A DNA stretch of 53,738 bases, filler included, from Squatina squatina (lineage: Eukaryota): assembly GCA_031763465.1 (NCBI GenBank). It is 3 parts of 2 records of this genome, joined end to end, with 100 filler letters (N's around TTAATTAATTAA, not from the genome) between each part and the next. Parts side by side here need not be neighbours in the genome. Positions count along the whole stretch, not along the records: positions 32,780 to 53,738 come from JARFOE010000115.1; 2 more parts are not named here. The stretch is one strand, 5' to 3'. The translations under genes and the position numbers were made by a program. This document shows positions 50,997-53,738 of the stretch, piece after piece (the first letter of the stretch is position 1; every line of letters starts with the position of its first letter). Under the pieces are notes generated by a model. The model did no database searches and was not told the origin of the DNA. It saw nothing but the letters and a program-made list of their open reading frames with translations.

Positions 50997-53738
50997 GTAT
51001 TTCAAACCTCACCTTTTGTGAAAGTAGTAATTCTAGTGCTGTATTCTCTACAAATATTTGGATATTAATCGTGTAACATGTTAAAACCAGTATATGCAAA
51101 AGTATTACAAGAGTAGAGTACTTTAATATAGGGTGTCCAAGCTCTTGTCTTTGTAGGTCGCGTAAATGCTTGCTATAGATCCTTGGGGACCACGTAAAGC
51201 TCAAATCAGCATTCCCATTATTGCCAAACAACCACCCTGGCACTGAAAATTTACTTGTAAAAGTGTGGAGTATCATTCCTTCATATTTTGAAAAGGTTAA
51301 AAATTAAAATAGAAATTCTTCTGTCTGTCCTATTTTATTTATATATATATATATATATATATAATATATCTATATCTATCTCTCTTCCCTCTATTTCACT
51401 TTCTGTACATGATTTTATAATGAATCCTTGGTGAGCCACACTGTTGCTTGTTCTACTCGCACACGCCACAGATCCCCTGCAAATGGCTGCTCAAAAGTTT
51501 GCATAAATTCTGTGGGCAGCTGCAAGCGTAATGAATGGCAAGTGTCATTAACTCGTCACTGATCGCAAAATCCTGGCCAGTATGTTTGTCATTCCCCCAG
51601 TTTTTTTTCCTTGCTTGCACATGTGTAACCTGCCCTTCTCACAAAAGCAAGTGATCATTTCAATGTTTTTATTTTTTTTTAAATTGTTGCACTCCCTGTA
51701 TGCTCCTTTCTGACTTTTTTGTCCCATATTGTTGAGCGTGTTAGTATATATTGGTAAAGTATCTTTTATTCCAGTTTTTGGATTCTACCAAATGCCATTA
51801 TTGGAAATGAAAATAATAATAAAATTGCACTAAATGATCTTGATACAAAAACATACTAGCAGCACGTATTTTACAAGTGTCTTGTATATGCAGTTTCAAA
51901 GTATTAAGTATTTCTGCGCAGTTGAACTTGAGATGCTTTTGAGTGAGTACATGGGATTGGGGGTGTGGGAAGAGGTGGGATGAGTAGCAACAAGGGATTG
52001 GAATGTGATGAACAGGACCAGGGCTAAGAAGCTACAAGTTTGGATGACTTCAGAAATGATAACTGCCATCATCTACTGACCTTTGCATCTGATTGGTCCT
52101 TGCTAACCAGTTAGCAGTGCATTAATAGTCATATGGCAGGAAGGGAGAGATACACTGGGTCCAGTAGGCTGTATACAGTGGGAGAGTGTAGGTGGGATGG
52201 AGTCTGGAGGAGCTTTAAAAGGATTGAAAATATCTTCATTTGAAGAGGAGGATTAAAATGCATGTAGTCATCATTTGAGTATCCAGGAAGGAAAGAGACT
52301 GCATTAAAGTTGATGTTGAAATGTGAATGAAGGTGTGTTTTTTTTTGTGGCATGTCACCAGGGCATGGAAACATCAGAGTTTTGGGAAATATAATGGCAG
52401 CAACGGGGAGGGGGTGTGGGGGCACATCTTTCTGGAATAGAATGGCATGCTAGTTTCACTGTCAGTGATGTGCTCAAGCTCCCATTCCAATGAGGTGGTG
52501 GCTACTGGGAGAAGTTGCTGCGAGGATTACATCGAAAGGAAGGGTAGAGAGGACAGTGCAAAGGGGAAATGAGGGGTATTTGAAGGCTTGTTTTGCACAA
52601 GATTGTGTGGAGCTGGAAGTAAAATTCAGCGATGAGTGACGGTATACAAGATTGTAATAGGATCTCATGACCTCAAGCAGGCTCTCTGTCAAATGTGAAA
52701 ACGTGGTTTTCATTTGATGGACAACTGGGCAGCTTTCCAGTCCACCAGGCATTAGCTTTGATCTCATATCAGCATAGAAAATGAAATATTTCTGGCAATC
52801 TAATTAAGTATTAGCAAAGGTTATAACTGTGTAGAGAATTTGCGAACTGGTTCTCTGAAGATTTGGAAGCACTGAATGGATTGTGCCAATTGTAATAAGT
52901 GAAAAGTGTTGTGAATTCATCTGTCCAGCCAACCTTGGGTAGCAACAGATTTTTGCAAGACAATATTAATATACTTATGTCTGTTTTATTTTGTTCTAAT
53001 AAAATTTCACAAACCTACAGCATGGATTTGGTTCCATAATAATTTTAGGTAAAAAAGCACTCTTGGCACGAATAAAAAAACAAATTCACAGATTTGTTTC
53101 GCAAGAAGCTCTGGATTCCATACCTGACTAGCGAAAGATTAATAGGTGATTATTTGACTAATGGGCTGGTTGAACATTCAAATACCATATTTTATTATTC
53201 TTGACAGCCCTAATTTATCAACATGCACACCTCAACGAACTAGTTTTTAAAATTTATAAATATATATATATATATATACCTGCTCCTAAATTGAATTAAA
53301 AAGATTTTAAGTATGTTTAAACATATGACATACTTTGATTTATAAGCCTGGATATATTCAGCTGCATGTAGTAACTGAATGCATGTCACTTATTCAGTCA
53401 TACAGGATTTGTGTGTGAGTTTTTATTATGAGTACTGCCACATCACAAAGTTAGCTTTCAATCATTTCTTTACAAGGTCAAGCATCAGACAGAGGAGAAA
53501 ACATGTTCGAGGAAAACTAATGGCAGGTTTATTTTATTCAAGATTTACAACAGAAAATCAGGTCTTTATTTTCAGGTAAGATTGCGATGCATTTTCATGA
53601 AAAGAAATGAATAGTCAAACCATAACTCGGTGGTTGCACTTTTGCCTCTGAATCAGGGAAATGCTGCACTGTTAGAGGTTACTAACTGTACCTGTGTATC
53701 TTTCTTTTTTCTCTGTCTCTCATACTTTGGATATTGTT

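Noticed and set aside
52000-52100. C/D-box snoRNA candidate (GTGATGA...CTGA) in an XPO1 intron
   Set aside because: The terminal stem is poor and I recognise no rRNA antisense element; a snoscan or Infernal hit would be needed.

Overview
This is vertebrate genomic DNA, most likely a cartilaginous fish (shark-type CR1, L2, Deu-SINE, Penelope and Harbinger repeats). It is not contiguous: short contigs of roughly 0.5-5 kb are joined mostly by 100-N spacers. Two 44N-TTAATTAATTAA-44N linkers (15886-15985, 32680-32779) divide it into three blocks. Block 1 has SCLT1 exons (-), the first coding exon of C4orf33 (+) and several exon-free contigs. Block 2 has five CC2D2A exons (+) including the terminal one, and a prominin-family exon (-). 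Block 3 has SEC23B, FAM161A, an unassigned kinesin motor exon (-), a CpG-rich promoter with an unidentified candidate first exon, SRBD1 and XPO1. Gene and repeat-family names come from my recall of vertebrate sequences, not from a database search; repeat boundaries are approximate. Most ORFs in the supplied track are spurious or cross gaps. I cannot support a wholly new biological system. The best leads are decayed hammerhead-ribozyme motifs in Penelope-type repeats, apparent lesions in two photoreceptor-associated genes (FAM161A, prominin) that may be assembly errors, the divergent kinesin exon, the orphan first exon, and a candidate in-frame cassette exon in XPO1.
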